Part shown: positions 29,752-42,850 of the stretch, piece by piece
Layout: every line of letters starts with the position of its first letter
Position numbering within the stretch: position 1 is the first letter of the stretch
Origin: Octopus vulgaris
Taxonomy: Eukaryota
Direction of reading: 5' to 3'
DNA: 64,000 nucleotides
NCBI GenBank assembly: GCA_951406725.2
Contig: OX597820.1
Coordinates: forward strand, 84,692,001-84,756,000
Position numbers and translations under genes: made by a program
Notes under the pieces: model-generated
The model's input: only the letters and a program-made list of their open reading frames with translations
What the model was told of the DNA's origin: nothing
Database searches by the model: none

Positions 29752-32501
29752 GTTTCTTTATTGGCCACACCGGGCTGCACACAGATGGGACAAGTTACTT
29801 GGTAGAGCTTTTCTTTTGGGGGATGAAAAAAAGTGGGTGGCGTAGGTTTTCGATCAAGAGGGATCGTAAAAGAGAAGAAAAGAACAAAAAAAAGAAAAAA
29901 AAGAAAAAAAGTAGAATAAAAAATAAAAAGAATAAAAGAAAAAAAAGAAAGGGAAAGGAACAAAAGAAAAGAGAAATGAAAAAAGAAGAAAAAGGTGAAA
30001 AAAAGGGGAAGAGGAAAAAAAAAAGGAACGATCAATAGTGATCGCGTATCACAGTGTTATGATACATGGTGTAAAGGGGAAAGCAAGTAAGGTTTATCCG
30101 TAGGAAGAAAAGCCTACGAAAAAGACCACGGTAACCTTGGTCAATATTGTTATATGTTACCACATTTGTTTGCAAGTGGGTAACCCTCTGTTTTTAATTT
30201 CTGGGTTCATAGGATTATGCTCAAGGTGGCTTCGTTATTCATACGTGCCATCCTTGCTACATTCACCCATCTTTTTTAAAACATTCGCTAGACAAAACTT
30301 GCCTCTCTACTCTCACTTTCCTTTTCAAGTGGTACTTGAAGAAGTTGATGAGAGATTGACCAGAGAGGAAAGTGTTTGTCTCCAATCCTTTCAGACGCGT
30401 CCACCAGATACATTCTTTCGCCATAGCCACAAGGATGATGAAAATAGCTCTTCCTTCCCGTTTCAAGGAAGGAGGCGTGACAATATTGACGATAGACTCA
30501 GCTGATAAACCGACTCGTTCCACACGTGACAGCAGTTGTTCGACACAAGCCCACAGGTCGGAAATTGTTGGACACTGCACGAGTGCGTGCAGAACGGTTT
30601 CGTCGCTCTGACCGCATCTCGGGCAGGTCGGCCCCGTGTTTCTCGAGCCGTGTCTGTAGAGCTTATCCCGAACGGGTAGCGCTTCTCGGTAACACTGCCA
30701 GGCCAGGGATCTCTGGAAGTTGTCCATGGGCCCTGGCCCGAAAGTCGTCCTGAACAGGCGGGTCAGGTACTCCTCGTCGACGTCCAGGTTCGCCCCGAGC
30801 TCGTCGTCGTACCTCCCCTCCACTAATCCCCTATAGAATGCTTTGGTTGTGTTGAAGTCACTCAAGGTCGACCCAGGACGGCAGAGTTGCTTGAGAGCAA
30901 CGCGACACTCGCGGTGCCATTCGCCCTTCCTCGGCCTCTTTTTGATCCACGACTGCAGTTCGGTCATGGAGACGAGCTGCGGGAAAGCGTGCCTCACAAA
31001 CGGCAACCACACCTGTTCACCGTCGTCTACATAGAGCCAGAGATGTCGCAGTCTCAGCGCGTGTCTGCGCATCATCAACCACGGCATGCCCAGGCCTCCT
31101 TTTAACGGGTGTTGACAACAAATGGATCGCCTGACCATCGGGACGCATCCTTTCCACAAGAAGCGAAAGAGAATGCGTTGTAGTTTGGTGATGGTAGGGT
31201 CGGGACAAGGTACGACGGTCAGGCGGTAGCAGATGACGAACGCGATGTACGTGTTCGCCACCTCCGCCCGACCTTTTAGGGACAGTTTCCTCTCGGCCCA
31301 TTGCCGGGCGAGAGTGACCACCCTACTCGTTATCTCGTTCCAGTTCTTCTCCACTTGGAGGTCCTGCCAAACCAGACCCCGAGCAACTCAACCGGGCCGT
31401 CGGTCCAGCGTCCCACGACGGAGGCTTGCTTCTCCAGGTGCCTAGTCGCAAGCCCACTGACTTTTCCCGGTTGATTTTCGCTCCTGTCACCGCTTCGTAG
31501 TTTTTCAGTGTCTCGCCGACCTGCTCGATATGTTGTGGCTAGACACTATGACGGTGACGTCGTCCGCGTATGCAGACACGCTCGTCCCGCATCCCAGTTC
31601 TCGCGGGATGCCCCTCAAAGTTGCCAGCTTCCGCGATAATGGCTCGAGAGTCAATACGTATAGAAGCGACGAGAGGGGGCATCCCTGACGGACCGAACGT
31701 GCGATGTCGAAGGGTCTCGATAGATGTCCATTCACGCGAATTACCGAACGGATGCCTCTGTACAAAGCGGCTATCCAGCCGCGGAAGACCGGACCGAAGC
31801 CAGCCGCTCTGAGGACCGTCTCCAAGTATCGATGGTCTACCCTATCGAAAGCTTTCGATTGATCCAAATTGATCAGCGCCCCACCCATGCCAGGTTCGTT
31901 AACTACCCTGTCTATGATGTAGCGCATCAGGTGGAGGTTGTCATGGATGGTCCGGCCTGGCACGGCGCATGTTTGCGCCTTGTCGACCAGTTTCTCGATG
32001 ACAAGCGCCAACCTCTTGGCTAGCACCTTGGCCAAAATTTTCAAGTCTGCATTAAGCAGAGTGATGGGCCTAAAGTTATCTATTACATTTCCCTTGTTTA
32101 GATCTTTCTTCAGCAGTGTTACGGCTCCTCGGCTCACAAAACCAGGAATGCTCCCGTTTTGCTGCCAGTTGCAGTACACCGCCGCCAAGAGATCTCCAAA
32201 CAAGTCTGGCATACAATTGTAAAGCTCGTAGGGTAGACCATCCAAACCCGGTGATTTGTCCCTCGAGCATTCTGCCATCGCGTCCTGCACTTCCGCCGCC
32301 GTGATGGCACCTTCGCAGCACCCTGCCTTTCTTGTCGAGAGTCGTTGTAGGCTATGTAGGTAGGCACTGAAGTCCACCCTACGTTCTTGCCCTCCACTCG
32401 TCCCGAACAGTCGGGCAAAATGCTGCTGAAAGGCCTCACACATTTTACTTGGCTCGAGCAATTCGCGCCCCTGTTCGTCTACCAGGGACCGAATGCTGGC
32501 T
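29751..32501 (-). mobile_element. 5'-truncated Tx1/L1-clade LINE (ORF2 RT and C-terminal zinc finger; few lesions)
   Basis: ORF 31505-32461 KSPGLDGLP, NFRPITLLNADLKILAK, DQSKAFDRVDH, VRQGCPLS, AYADDVT; ORF 30263-31354 LSLKGRA, GGLG, CPRCGQSDETVLHALVQC; GC-rich; pyrimidine-rich 3' UTR ending ..tggccaataaagaaact. Confidence 0.95.
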
Positions 32502-32567
<66 letters not shown>

Positions 32568-32702
32568 TATAGATAGATAGATAGATAGATAGATGAGTAA
32601 AATATCTATAAGTATACTATTAGTGTGATAGCCTCACTAAATTTTCATTTGTCTCCATAAATCAAGTTTCAGAAAATATGGTAGAAGCATATATCAATTT
32701 AC

Positions 32703-32769
32703 TTGTTATAAATCTCATTAATAAATATGTCGCTGCTCAGGATGCAGATGGCAGTCGGAGTCTCATATA
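32703..32769 (-). CDS. Candidate coding exon B (..LYETPTAICILSSDIFINEIYNK), unknown product
   Basis: ctgactttattcag| acceptor and |gtaaat donor; open frame that is phase-compatible with the candidate exon at 33157-33229. Confidence 0.25.
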
Positions 32770-33156
32770 CTGAATAAAGTCAGACAGACAATCATTGACA
32801 GACGTTTACTGAAGAAGATTTTAATTTTTTCATTTTATTTTGACAAAAACAAATTTTTAACATGCAATAACTTCTGTAAACAGATGCATAAAATAAAATA
32901 CCCACATACACATTGACATTTATACAAACATATATATGCATAATTTATATAAATTCATATACATGCATATATATAGAGAGAGAGAGAGTAGAGAGAGAGA
33001 GAGTGAGAGACATAGAAAGAGAGAGAGAGTGAGAGACATAGAAAGAGAGAGAGACTGACCAATAGACAGAGATGCTTACATACATATATATATGTGTGTG
33101 TGTATGTGTGTGTGTGTGCGTGCGTATTTCGTCTGGTATCGATTAGTGATACTAAC

Positions 33157-33233
33157 AAACTTCAGCCGAGTTCCTTCCTTCTTTATCAATACTGAGCACA
33201 ATATGGAATAAACAAAAATGCCAGTTAATCTAT
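33157..33233 (-). CDS. Candidate coding exon A, unknown product
   Basis: aatttcag| acceptor (alternative tag| with the exon starting at 33229) and |gttagt donor; open frames INWHFCLFHIVLSIDKEGRNSAEV or RLTGIFVYSILCSVLIKKEGTRLKF. Confidence 0.25.
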
Positions 33234-34238
33234 CTGAAATTGTTATTTAAATATAAACGCTGGAGATGATGAATTGTAAAGCACGGTTTTTAAAGAAAAA
33301 TAGAGTATGCATAGGTTATATTTTTTGAATTTCAGTTGTTAAGCAAGAATTTTTGAAACAATTGATGGTACAGAAAAAGTACTTAAACACTAGAATGAAT
33401 AGAGAAATGAAATATTGCGGTAATAAAATATTTTTTACAATGTAAAAATATCGATAATGTTGTCAGTTTAAAAAATTTATTGCCGATTGAGAATACAGGG
33501 TGCACGTATGCATTTCTGTGTGTATGCAGTTGGTTGGTTTGTGTATGTATGCTGGTGTTTTGTGTTTGTGTGTACATTTATGCTTAAGCTTTATTGCGAG
33601 TATATTCAATACTACAAAGTACACACACACACAGACACACGCACACATAGACACAGGGACACAGACAGAGACACCCTCACCGTACACACACGGATATATA
33701 CAGATAGTTATGTGTATTAATGTCTGTGCGTTTATAGGCATGCAGAGATCACTAACACACAAAAAGTTTCCTGCACTTGTGTTCTTTGGATAATGTGTGC
33801 TGAATGAACATTCGTACAATGTTATATACATATACACGTCGGTACGTGTGTCATGTTTCTTATTTGTGTTCGTGTTGAATGCTTCTGTCTTTGTGAAAAA
33901 TGCATTGAAGTATGTGTAAACGTTCAGCTATATACAAGTATTTATTAATATAAATTTATTTCAGATGAAATAGAGAATTAAAGTAGTAGCAGAAGTACAT
34001 TTGTGTTGTAGGAGATAAAACAATGAAAGGAGAAAAACAAAAACGACAGCAATTATGTGTGAGAAAACAATTAAATTAAGAAACTGAGCGAATAAAATAA
34101 GACAGACAAGAAATATTTATCAATTTTCATTGATGTATAGTAATACATTTTAGAAATAATATCAAACAAAAAACAACTAATCACCAAACACTTGGTGCAG
34201 CCATGTAATAAAACATAGATTATGAAGTTGGAAATTTC

Positions 34239-34292
<54 letters not shown>

Positions 34293-34667
34293 AAAACTAT
34301 TATGGAATCGTCCAGGTGTCATGATTTTCGTTTCTCCTAAAAATGTCCTATATTAAAAATAAAACAAGCAGGATATGAAGGAAAATGATGAAATATTATA
34401 TCTAAAATTTAAATCGATATATTTTGTGAAACGGAACAGTCAGATATGATATGTTACAGCAAATAAATAAGATAAATTTGAGAAGTATTACACTGTATAT
34501 TATACAACGAGAAAAAGAGAGAGAGAGAGATACATTGAAATATACTTGTAAAACAGAGGATCAAGGGAGGCTTGTTACCGTTTGTGTTGTCCAATGCATC
34601 AGTAAGAAATTGCGGTATTTGTATGCTGTTAGAATATATTTAATAACAAAATCGTTTATACAGATAT

Positions 34668-35283
34668 TCATTTCTACTCCAGAAACAAGGCCTAAAAGTT
34701 TTGGGGAGGGGGACAGTGTATTAGATCGACTCCGGTACACAGCTGATATCTAATTTATCGACCCCGAAAGAATGAAAGACATGGTCGACCTCGGCGGAAT
34801 TGGAACTCAGACCCTAAAGAGAGATGAAATACCTGCTAAGCATTTCGCCTGGCGCGCTAAAATTTCTTATTTCTTTACTGCCCACAAGAGGCTACACAAC
34901 GAGGGGACAAACAAGGACAGACAAACGGATTAAGTCGATTATATCGACCCCAGTGGGTAACTGGTACTTCTTTAATCGAGCCCGAAAGGATGAAATCAAA
35001 GTCGACCTCGGCGGAATTTGAACTAAGAATGTCGCGGCAGCCGAAATACCTATTTTTTTACTACCCACAAGGGGCTAAACACAGAGGGGACAAGCAAGGA
35101 CAGACAAACGTATTAAGTCGATTACATCGACGCCAGTGGATAACTGGTACTTAATTTATCGACCCCGAAAGGATGAAAGGCAAAGTCGACCTCGGCGGAA
35201 TTTGAACTGAAAACGTAACGGCAGACGAAATATGGCTACGCATTTCGCCCGCCGTGCTAACGTTTCTACCAGCTCGCCGCCTT
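34668..35283 (-). mobile_element. Tandem or nested cluster of three SINE family B units; two carry a Tx1-like tail
   Basis: Body gttcaaattccgccgaggtcgac..cctttcggggtcgat occurs three times; tails ..tgtccttg.ttgtcccc..tagcc.cttgtggg.agtaaa at 35051-35109 and 34868-34927; a different tail at 34668-34715. Confidence 0.85.
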
Positions 35284-35559
35284 AGAAAAATAATGATGCT
35301 GGCTTGGCTATTCGTCTATGAGGGCGAAAATACAAGAGGAATACACGTAAAACCATTAAATAAATAAATAAATAAAATAAAATGTGGTTGGTAGAAACTT
35401 TCTTGTAGATTGAACACGTGCAATGTTCAAGAGAAAAAGAGCGTCTCGAATACAGTAACGGTTTGATGTGGAAACAAATAAAAACCTAGAATGAACGGAA
35501 GTTCAACGGAGCAATAACATTAAAACAGGGAAGTGTTGCTTTCTCTTATTGTTGTTGCT

Positions 35560-35940
35560 GTTGTTTGTTTGTTTGTTGAGCGAAGCGGTCTTCCTCCCAT
35601 TTGTGTGTAGCGGGAGAAGTTCCAAACGTGGTCCTTTGCTATTCGTAAGACCCGCAGAAGTGAAAGCAGGTCAACCCCCGACACCGAGAGCATCGACTGA
35701 TGAATGAATGCGCATCCAGGCTCAGCGGTTGCGTAGGAAGTCTGGGACAGGAAACAGGAAGAAAGAGTGAGAGAAAATAGGAGCCAAGGAATACAACAGG
35801 GGCCGCCACCATCCCTGCCGGAACCTCGTGTAGCTTTAGGTGTTTTCGCTCAATAAACACAGAATGCCCGGTCTGGGAATCGAAACTGCGATCCTCCGAC
35901 AGCGAGTCCGCTACCCTAACCACTGGGCTATCGTGCCTCC
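35560..35940 (-). mobile_element. tRNA-derived SINE family C, tail type 1 ending in (AAAC)n
   Basis: A box tagcccagtggtt and B box gtttcgattccc; head and body match 40850-41033. Confidence 0.85.
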
Positions 35941-36639
35941 TCTTGTTGATGTTGACATTATTGTTGTATCTGATGTTTCGAAACGTAGGAAATCAGTTTC
36001 ACAGTAGCCAGCCTAGAGATAATTATACGAATGACTGGTCAGAATAATTTAGCTAGTTCGTAAGGTCATACGATTTTTAGGAGCAGTGACAGACTTAAAT
36101 GCATATATATGCACACATATATATATATATCCATGTATACAGCATACATACATGCTTAAATACATACATACATAAATATATCTATACATGCATACATATA
36201 TACATACATACAGGCACACATATATATGGTGATCAGACACTCATATAACTTGTGTCACAAGTTTGCATGATTTTAGAGGCATATCCACGCTACCGGAGCT
36301 ATGTGGTATATTACAAGTCAGAATGTATAATATATACGCTTTTCTTCGCTACACATATGCGAACCTTAAACTGAATGCTCACACAAACACACACACACAC
36401 ATAACAACGTTAACTCATACAATGAGTTAACTCGGTATAATGAATTAAAAACAAACTCACGCACACGCATGTAATATTGTAATTGGGTACTATAATTGTG
36501 GTGTGTGTGTGTGTATACTTTTAATATTTAGTAGCCAACTAATGCATACATTAATATTAGGTAGGTTTTACATCCTGTATGCACGTACCACGATATTACA
36601 TTACATGATATAGTACGAGCTGGCAAGTTGGGTTCGGCG

Positions 36640-38700
36640 ACAACGTTCTTGGAATCAAGAAACAATTCACCTTTTATCGGGCTTCAAGGGAACAAGTAAG
36701 TGAGTTAACACCATAACATATAAATTTTTTATGACCGCTGAAAATAGAGTGAATCAAATCAATATTGTGTATATTCATTTTCAACTCATTCCAGTGGTCT
36801 TGAATATGAGCATGATTTTGGATATCATCTTCATAGACGCGACACGCCCATTACCTATGTGTGAATAAAAAAAACCGCTCAATCTTATGAGGCAAGAAGA
36901 CATTTAGTCACCGGTGTTTTGGAATATAAGCGTCCAATTTAAACTCTGAAGCTACAGAAGAATAATGGCTTCGCTCTTCAGAAATCTATGAAAGCTACAA
37001 ACAAAGATGTACAGTTAAGGCTATAAAAGATGCCATAAATTTGATGTATTTATGGCGCCCGAAATATCTCTCTCTTTCCACAATATCGAAAACCTTCATG
37101 AAACCGCTAAATACAATTGAATTTACGGTAAGATAGACAGATCCTGACACTGAATCAATGTAAACATGTTGCTATTGTTTCCCATACCGACACAATATCA
37201 ACACTGACATTCTACATGAAATAGTGTGTGTATATTTGCAGTTACCCAAGCATTATTTATGTTAATTTCTTTGGGACTGAAAGCAAAGCACCCCTTGTTA
37301 ATTTCTGTACTTCTTGTCATTCTCTGGAAGTAAACGTTTATTGTACGGACATCATTGAGATGTTACTGCAGCATTGCCAACAGTCTACATATATTTTAGA
37401 GCGATATATATTTCAGTTCTCTCCCACCATACTTGTAATCCTTTATGGGAAAGCATGAAACTAAGACATTTCCTCAGTCTTGGCTCAGAGACAGCAGTTA
37501 CAGGCACTTCCATATTTCGCAAGAGATCCGCATCTCTATTGTTTTGACTTTGCTACACACATTACAGATGGTCGCAAGAGCATTTTTCGGGTCGGTTTAG
37601 TTATTCAATACAATGTTGCCGCCAGTGATTCGTAATGCCCGCTTTTGTGGTGCATATGTAGGAACCATACTTACTTCTTAGTATGCATGAACAACTTTGG
37701 GAACATCTGTCTCAGCAAGTTTTATTATTGATTATAAAATGTCATTTCCGTTCCTGCTCCTGTAATCAGACACCCATATGACATACTGTTTTGCAGTAAA
37801 ACATTTGAGTGTGTGTTTATCTTGTAACGCATTCAATTTGGTTATGTCTTCAGATGTGAGATAATTTAATTTTCGCTAAACAGGTAGGAGGAGGACAACC
37901 AACATACTATCTGCTTTTTATATTGCTTCGCAGAACAGCAACCTACTAGAATGTCTGGAGAAAGTGCCAGATAGAGCATTGTTGCTCTTGCTACTCATAC
38001 TTCGTAAATGCATCGAGCATTTCAAGGCATTTTTAGTTTGCGTACAACCAATCTTCCGATAATTCATTTTTCTTAAAATCAAGTGATAAGAAACGATTCT
38101 ACGTCAGCGAATCATTCACATATCTCAAATTAAGTGTGCTAGTTATACGCGCAATGATGACTATGCAGGTAAGACTACAGTCAAAAGATGCCATAGATTC
38201 GATCTCTTTATTGGCCTGACCTTATAGAGTGCATAGTTCAACTTGGTACTCTCCATTCGAGTAGATATTTCCTCAGTTATATCATTGCTAATGCCTCTCA
38301 CTGTCGCACTAAAATTACAAAGTAAAAATCAGTTATTGTTTTGTTGATAACGTAACCAGTTTACTATATAAGGAATCGTAGAAGCACTCCATTTCATCCC
38401 TCTCGCTGAGTGTAGGCACTATGTACAGTTACATTCTATTTCAAGTTAGAGATTATTTCACCTTTCTTAGCTTACTTCATGGTACCAGAAGACAAGCCAA
38501 CATCGGATATTCAGATATATTCATTTCTTTGCCAGCATCTCTTGGAACTCTGTCTAGTTTACGTTTATTTCTGATAATGTACTTAGCATATCTATCAACT
38601 ATTGACATTCCATGTACATTCTTCAAGAATTAGCGATTTTAACAGAGCCTTGATATAACAAGTATCAACCATCAAACTCAAGAATTTCCTTCTTGCTTAT
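36640..38700 (-). mobile_element. Old, heavily decayed RTE-like LINE fragment
   Basis: Reverse strand gives broken KYGG..CWQ, NxxGxxLLS, ECQC..R..T..MF, and F.KVFDIVERE (KAFDxVxRE) motifs in RT order; boundaries approximate. Confidence 0.5.
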
Positions 38701-40683
38701 TGTTACTTCAGAAATGGAGAACACAACCGGCGTAGCTACAGACTGAGTTTCAGAGGCTGAGAAATATATATGACTAAATTTATCGGGATGTCATCAAATG
38801 TTCTAGCTGCTAATATTAATTTCTCTGTCGGATCACTTGTGCAGGTTTTTGGATGTCTTTCACACTTCGACGAATTCACGGTACTCTTATCAGCTGAATG
38901 TAATTTGTCAGGAAACGTATTTCAGCGTCCGTATTATGCCACATTCATTATATATCACTACTAAAAATAGAAGCCAACTGGACTAAATTTAACGCAATAT
39001 CGCCGTTTATTCCTGAATTACACATCTCATGCACATACACCCAATAATTTTCCCTCCAAGATCTTTTCACACCCTACATACTCCTTTCCACACTACAAAC
39101 CATTTCTATCTGTATATAATGCCTTTATAATTTAAACATATATATTTAAGCCTATACACAGCCTAAACACATTACCAGAACTTACATACACACTTACATC
39201 ACATCAGTTACTTTTACATATAGGCTTGTCACTTCATATTTACTCAAATATATATATATATATATTTATATAAGCACATATTGCTTCTCACAAGTTCCTA
39301 CGTATTTTTATTCCTTTATCTTCACTATATCATGCATATATAAAAACAGAGAAATAGATGGAGGGACAGACAAATATTCATACATGCATGCATACATACA
39401 TACATACATACATACATACATACATACATACATACATACATACATACATACATACATACATGCATAGACACATACATACATACAGACATACAGACAAATA
39501 GACAGACAGATAGATATATAGGTTGATACATGAAAATGTGTGAATATATAAATGCTGCGAATGAATTCGATTTTTGAACTAAGTTGTATATATTCAGACA
39601 TAATCTGCACCCGCCTTCACACATGAATTTCCGCACATTTATTTACGTGTGTGCGTATGAATGTTTACTCGTAAACACCACTTCATGCCCTCGAAGAAAT
39701 AAACTGCATTGGAAACATTCAACATGTAAAGGGAATACATTAATAATTATATAAGAAAAGCCGTAATTTGTAACAAAATTTTAGTCCGTATATTTTCCAA
39801 GATCATAAGTAATATGATATTGTATGGGGAATGTGTGATACGACAGATGGCAAGCATAATTGGTTTGCCATCATATATATTTTAACATGGCATATACTAT
39901 AACATGATTTGTTGTTAAAGACCTGAAGGTAACATGTTGATGAGAAAGATTTATATTACGCACTTCAACATTTCCTTCAAATGTGATATAATAGGCATCC
40001 ATTCAGCAAGATATATTTTCTCAGAATGGAAGTGTGTCTTCATATTACATTTGTCTCACTGGTTAAATTTTAATGCATATAATATTCTGTACAACTCTAG
40101 TATTGTTTCTCGATTATATCTTTCTGTCTCTCGCCACCCTCACTATCTTTCTCTGTACGTTTATTAATCTTGCTTGCACATGTGTTCTGAAAAGCACCGT
40201 TCGTATTCATGTATATTTGTGTGTATGCGTATTTGTGCGAATAAGTAAACACACACGCACAACCTTGATGCGCATACACTGGCTCAAACACACTTATGTC
40301 TATACACAGACATACATATATGTGCGCACACACAAACACACAACTTATCGAGTGTAAACTATGGGAAAAACAATGCCCAATCCCATTGTGGACAGTTGTA
40401 TATAATTTTGGTCGAGTTTGTCTTCTCTTTACTCTGAATTTTCCCTGTAGGCTTACATGATCCTTAGGCTAGTTTAGATTAGAAATAGATGGGATTGACA
40501 CATCTGTATACAGTTTCCTTATTATTGCATATGGTCTTAAAGACAAAGTGTGATAAAGGAGTAAAACGATAGAAAGAAACTGAAGAAAAAAGGCGTAAAA
40601 GAAAGAAGAGTGAGAGTAGGAAAACGAAGAATAGAAAAGGGATAAAGGCTATATGCATACATTTGTGTGCGTGTGTGTGTGAG

Positions 40684-40730
<47 letters not shown>

Positions 40731-40736
<6 letters not shown>

Positions 40737-41030
40737 ATCACGTGACCGACCAGACCATCAGATGTTTTACACATCGCTGGTCACAATGCTTTCGCATTGT
40801 TTTAGCCTTCGAATGACGCCACCCCGCTGGCTAAGCGAGCAGGCCAACAGAAGAAAGAGAGAGAGAAATAGTGGTGAAAGAGTACAGCAGGGATCACCAC
40901 CGCCTGCCGGAGCCTCGTGCAGCTTTTAGGTGTTTTCGCTCAATAAACCCTCACAATGCCCGGTCTGGGGATCGAAACCGCGATCCTACGACCACAAGTC
41001 CGCTGCCCTAACCACTAGGCCATTGCGCCT

Positions 41031-41033
<3 letters not shown>
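40731..41033 (-). mobile_element. tRNA-derived SINE family C, tail type 2 ending (tcacgtga)2
   Basis: A box tggcctagtggtt and B box gtttcgatcccc; flanked by TA/CA tracts. Confidence 0.85.
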
Positions 41034-41104
<71 letters not shown>

Positions 41105-41109
<5 letters not shown>

Positions 41110-41290
41110 ATCCAAACAAGAAAACACAAGAAAAAACACTGCAACGCGAGGACGTGGAACAATTAAAGTATTATTTGACGCTCAGTAAAGAAGGGAAGGA
41201 GGTTTTAACGTTTCGAGCGGAGCTCTTCGTCGGAAACAAACGAGAAGGAAAGATCTCGAGAAGGGAAGACAGAGCAAAAAAAATTTTTTG
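41105..41290 (-). mobile_element. PLE-like terminal repeat with a minimal hammerhead variant (41201-41238)
   Basis: gttt CCGACGA a gagc tcc gctc GAAACGTT a aaac. Confidence 0.6.
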
Positions 41291-41389
41291 CTGGTGGTGT
41301 TCAAGAGATGACATGTTGAAAGAACAGAAGTTGAAAGGTAGAAGAATCATGATTTTTAAAAACAAGAGAGTTTCAAAGACAGGGAATAT

Positions 41390-42693
41390 ATGTGGATGCG
41401 TGTATGTATGTGTGTGTGTGTGCAAGGATGACAAGTGTGTTTGTGCGTGCGTGCGTGTGTGTGTGTGTATGTATGTATGGTCAATAACAGGCATGGGATG
41501 CCAGCTGTCATAAAGGAGTGGCACTTTTTTGTATCCAGCGAGGTCAAAACCAGGTCGAAAACAAAGGGGTATATGTGTGTGCGTGTAAGTATATGTATCA
41601 TGTGTGTGTGTTGTTTGTAGTGTGTGTGTGTGCATGTGTGTGTTCGTGTGTGTATGCGTAGAGTTTGGGTGTGTGGCGAGTAACTGTGCTTAACCTAGTG
41701 TATGTGTGCGTGCGTGCTTGTACGTGCGTGTGTGTGTGTAGGGATGTATGTGTGGGTTCATTTGTGTGAGTGTGTATGTATGTACGTGTATGTGTGTGCG
41801 TGTACGTGTGCGTTTGTATGTGTTTATGTATATGTGTGCGTGCGCGGATAGGTGTATATTGTGTATGTATATCTGTCGGTTTGTATGTGAGTTTGTGTGT
41901 GTTTGTACGTGTGTATGTGTGTGTGCGTGTATAGTATATATATGTAAATGTGTGTGTGTGCGTGTGTATGTACGTGCGTCCGAGTGAATGTATGTATATA
42001 TGTGCGTGTGTGTACAATGTAGAGGCTTATCTGTGTGTTTATATGTTTATATGTGTGTATGTATGTATGTGTGTATGTGTGTAAGTGTGTGTATGTATGT
42101 GTGTGTGTATGTATGTGTATGTATGTATGTGTGCATGCGTGTATGTGTATGTGTATGTATGTATGTATATGTATGTGTATGTATGTATCTATGTATGTAT
42201 GTGTGTACGTATGTGTGTGTATGTCTGTATGTGTCTATGTATGTATGTATGTGTATGTGTGTGTGTGCATGTGTGTATATGTGTGTGTATGCATGTGTGT
42301 ATGTGTGTGTGTGCATGTGTGTATATGTGTGTGTATGTAAGTATGTGTGTGTATGTGTGTGTGTGCATGTGTGTTTATGTGTGTGTATGTATGTGTGTGT
42401 ATGTATGTGTGTGTATGTATGTGTACCTGCGTGTATGTGTGCATGTGTGTGTATGCATGTATATATATGTATGTGCGTGTGTGTGCATGTATGTATCTAT
42501 GTATGTATGTATGTGTGTATGTATGTGCGTGTGTATGTGTGTATGTATGTGTATGTATGTATATGTATGCGTGTGTGTATGTATGTATGTGTATATGTGT
42601 GTGTGTATGTGTGTGTATGTATGTATGTATGCGTGTGTGTGTGTATGTATGTGTGTGTGTATGGATGTATGTACGTACGTATGTATGTATGTG

Positions 42694-42739
<46 letters not shown>

Positions 42740-42758
42740 TTATATGTATGCAAACAGA

Positions 42759-42812
<54 letters not shown>

Positions 42813-42850
42813 TACATACAAATATGCACATTAACACACACATATATACG
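41390..42850. repeat. About 1.5-kb degenerate (TG)/(TATG)/(TA) compound microsatellite
   Basis: Directly visible. Confidence 0.9.

Noticed and set aside
30137-32439. Numerous overlapping and antisense ORFs within the Tx1 element
   Set aside because: Shadow ORFs of GC-rich ORF2 sequence
40960-41033. tRNA genes at A/B-box motifs (also 24308, 35870, 49650)
   Set aside because: They continue into SINE bodies and tails, and no complete cloverleaf is evident
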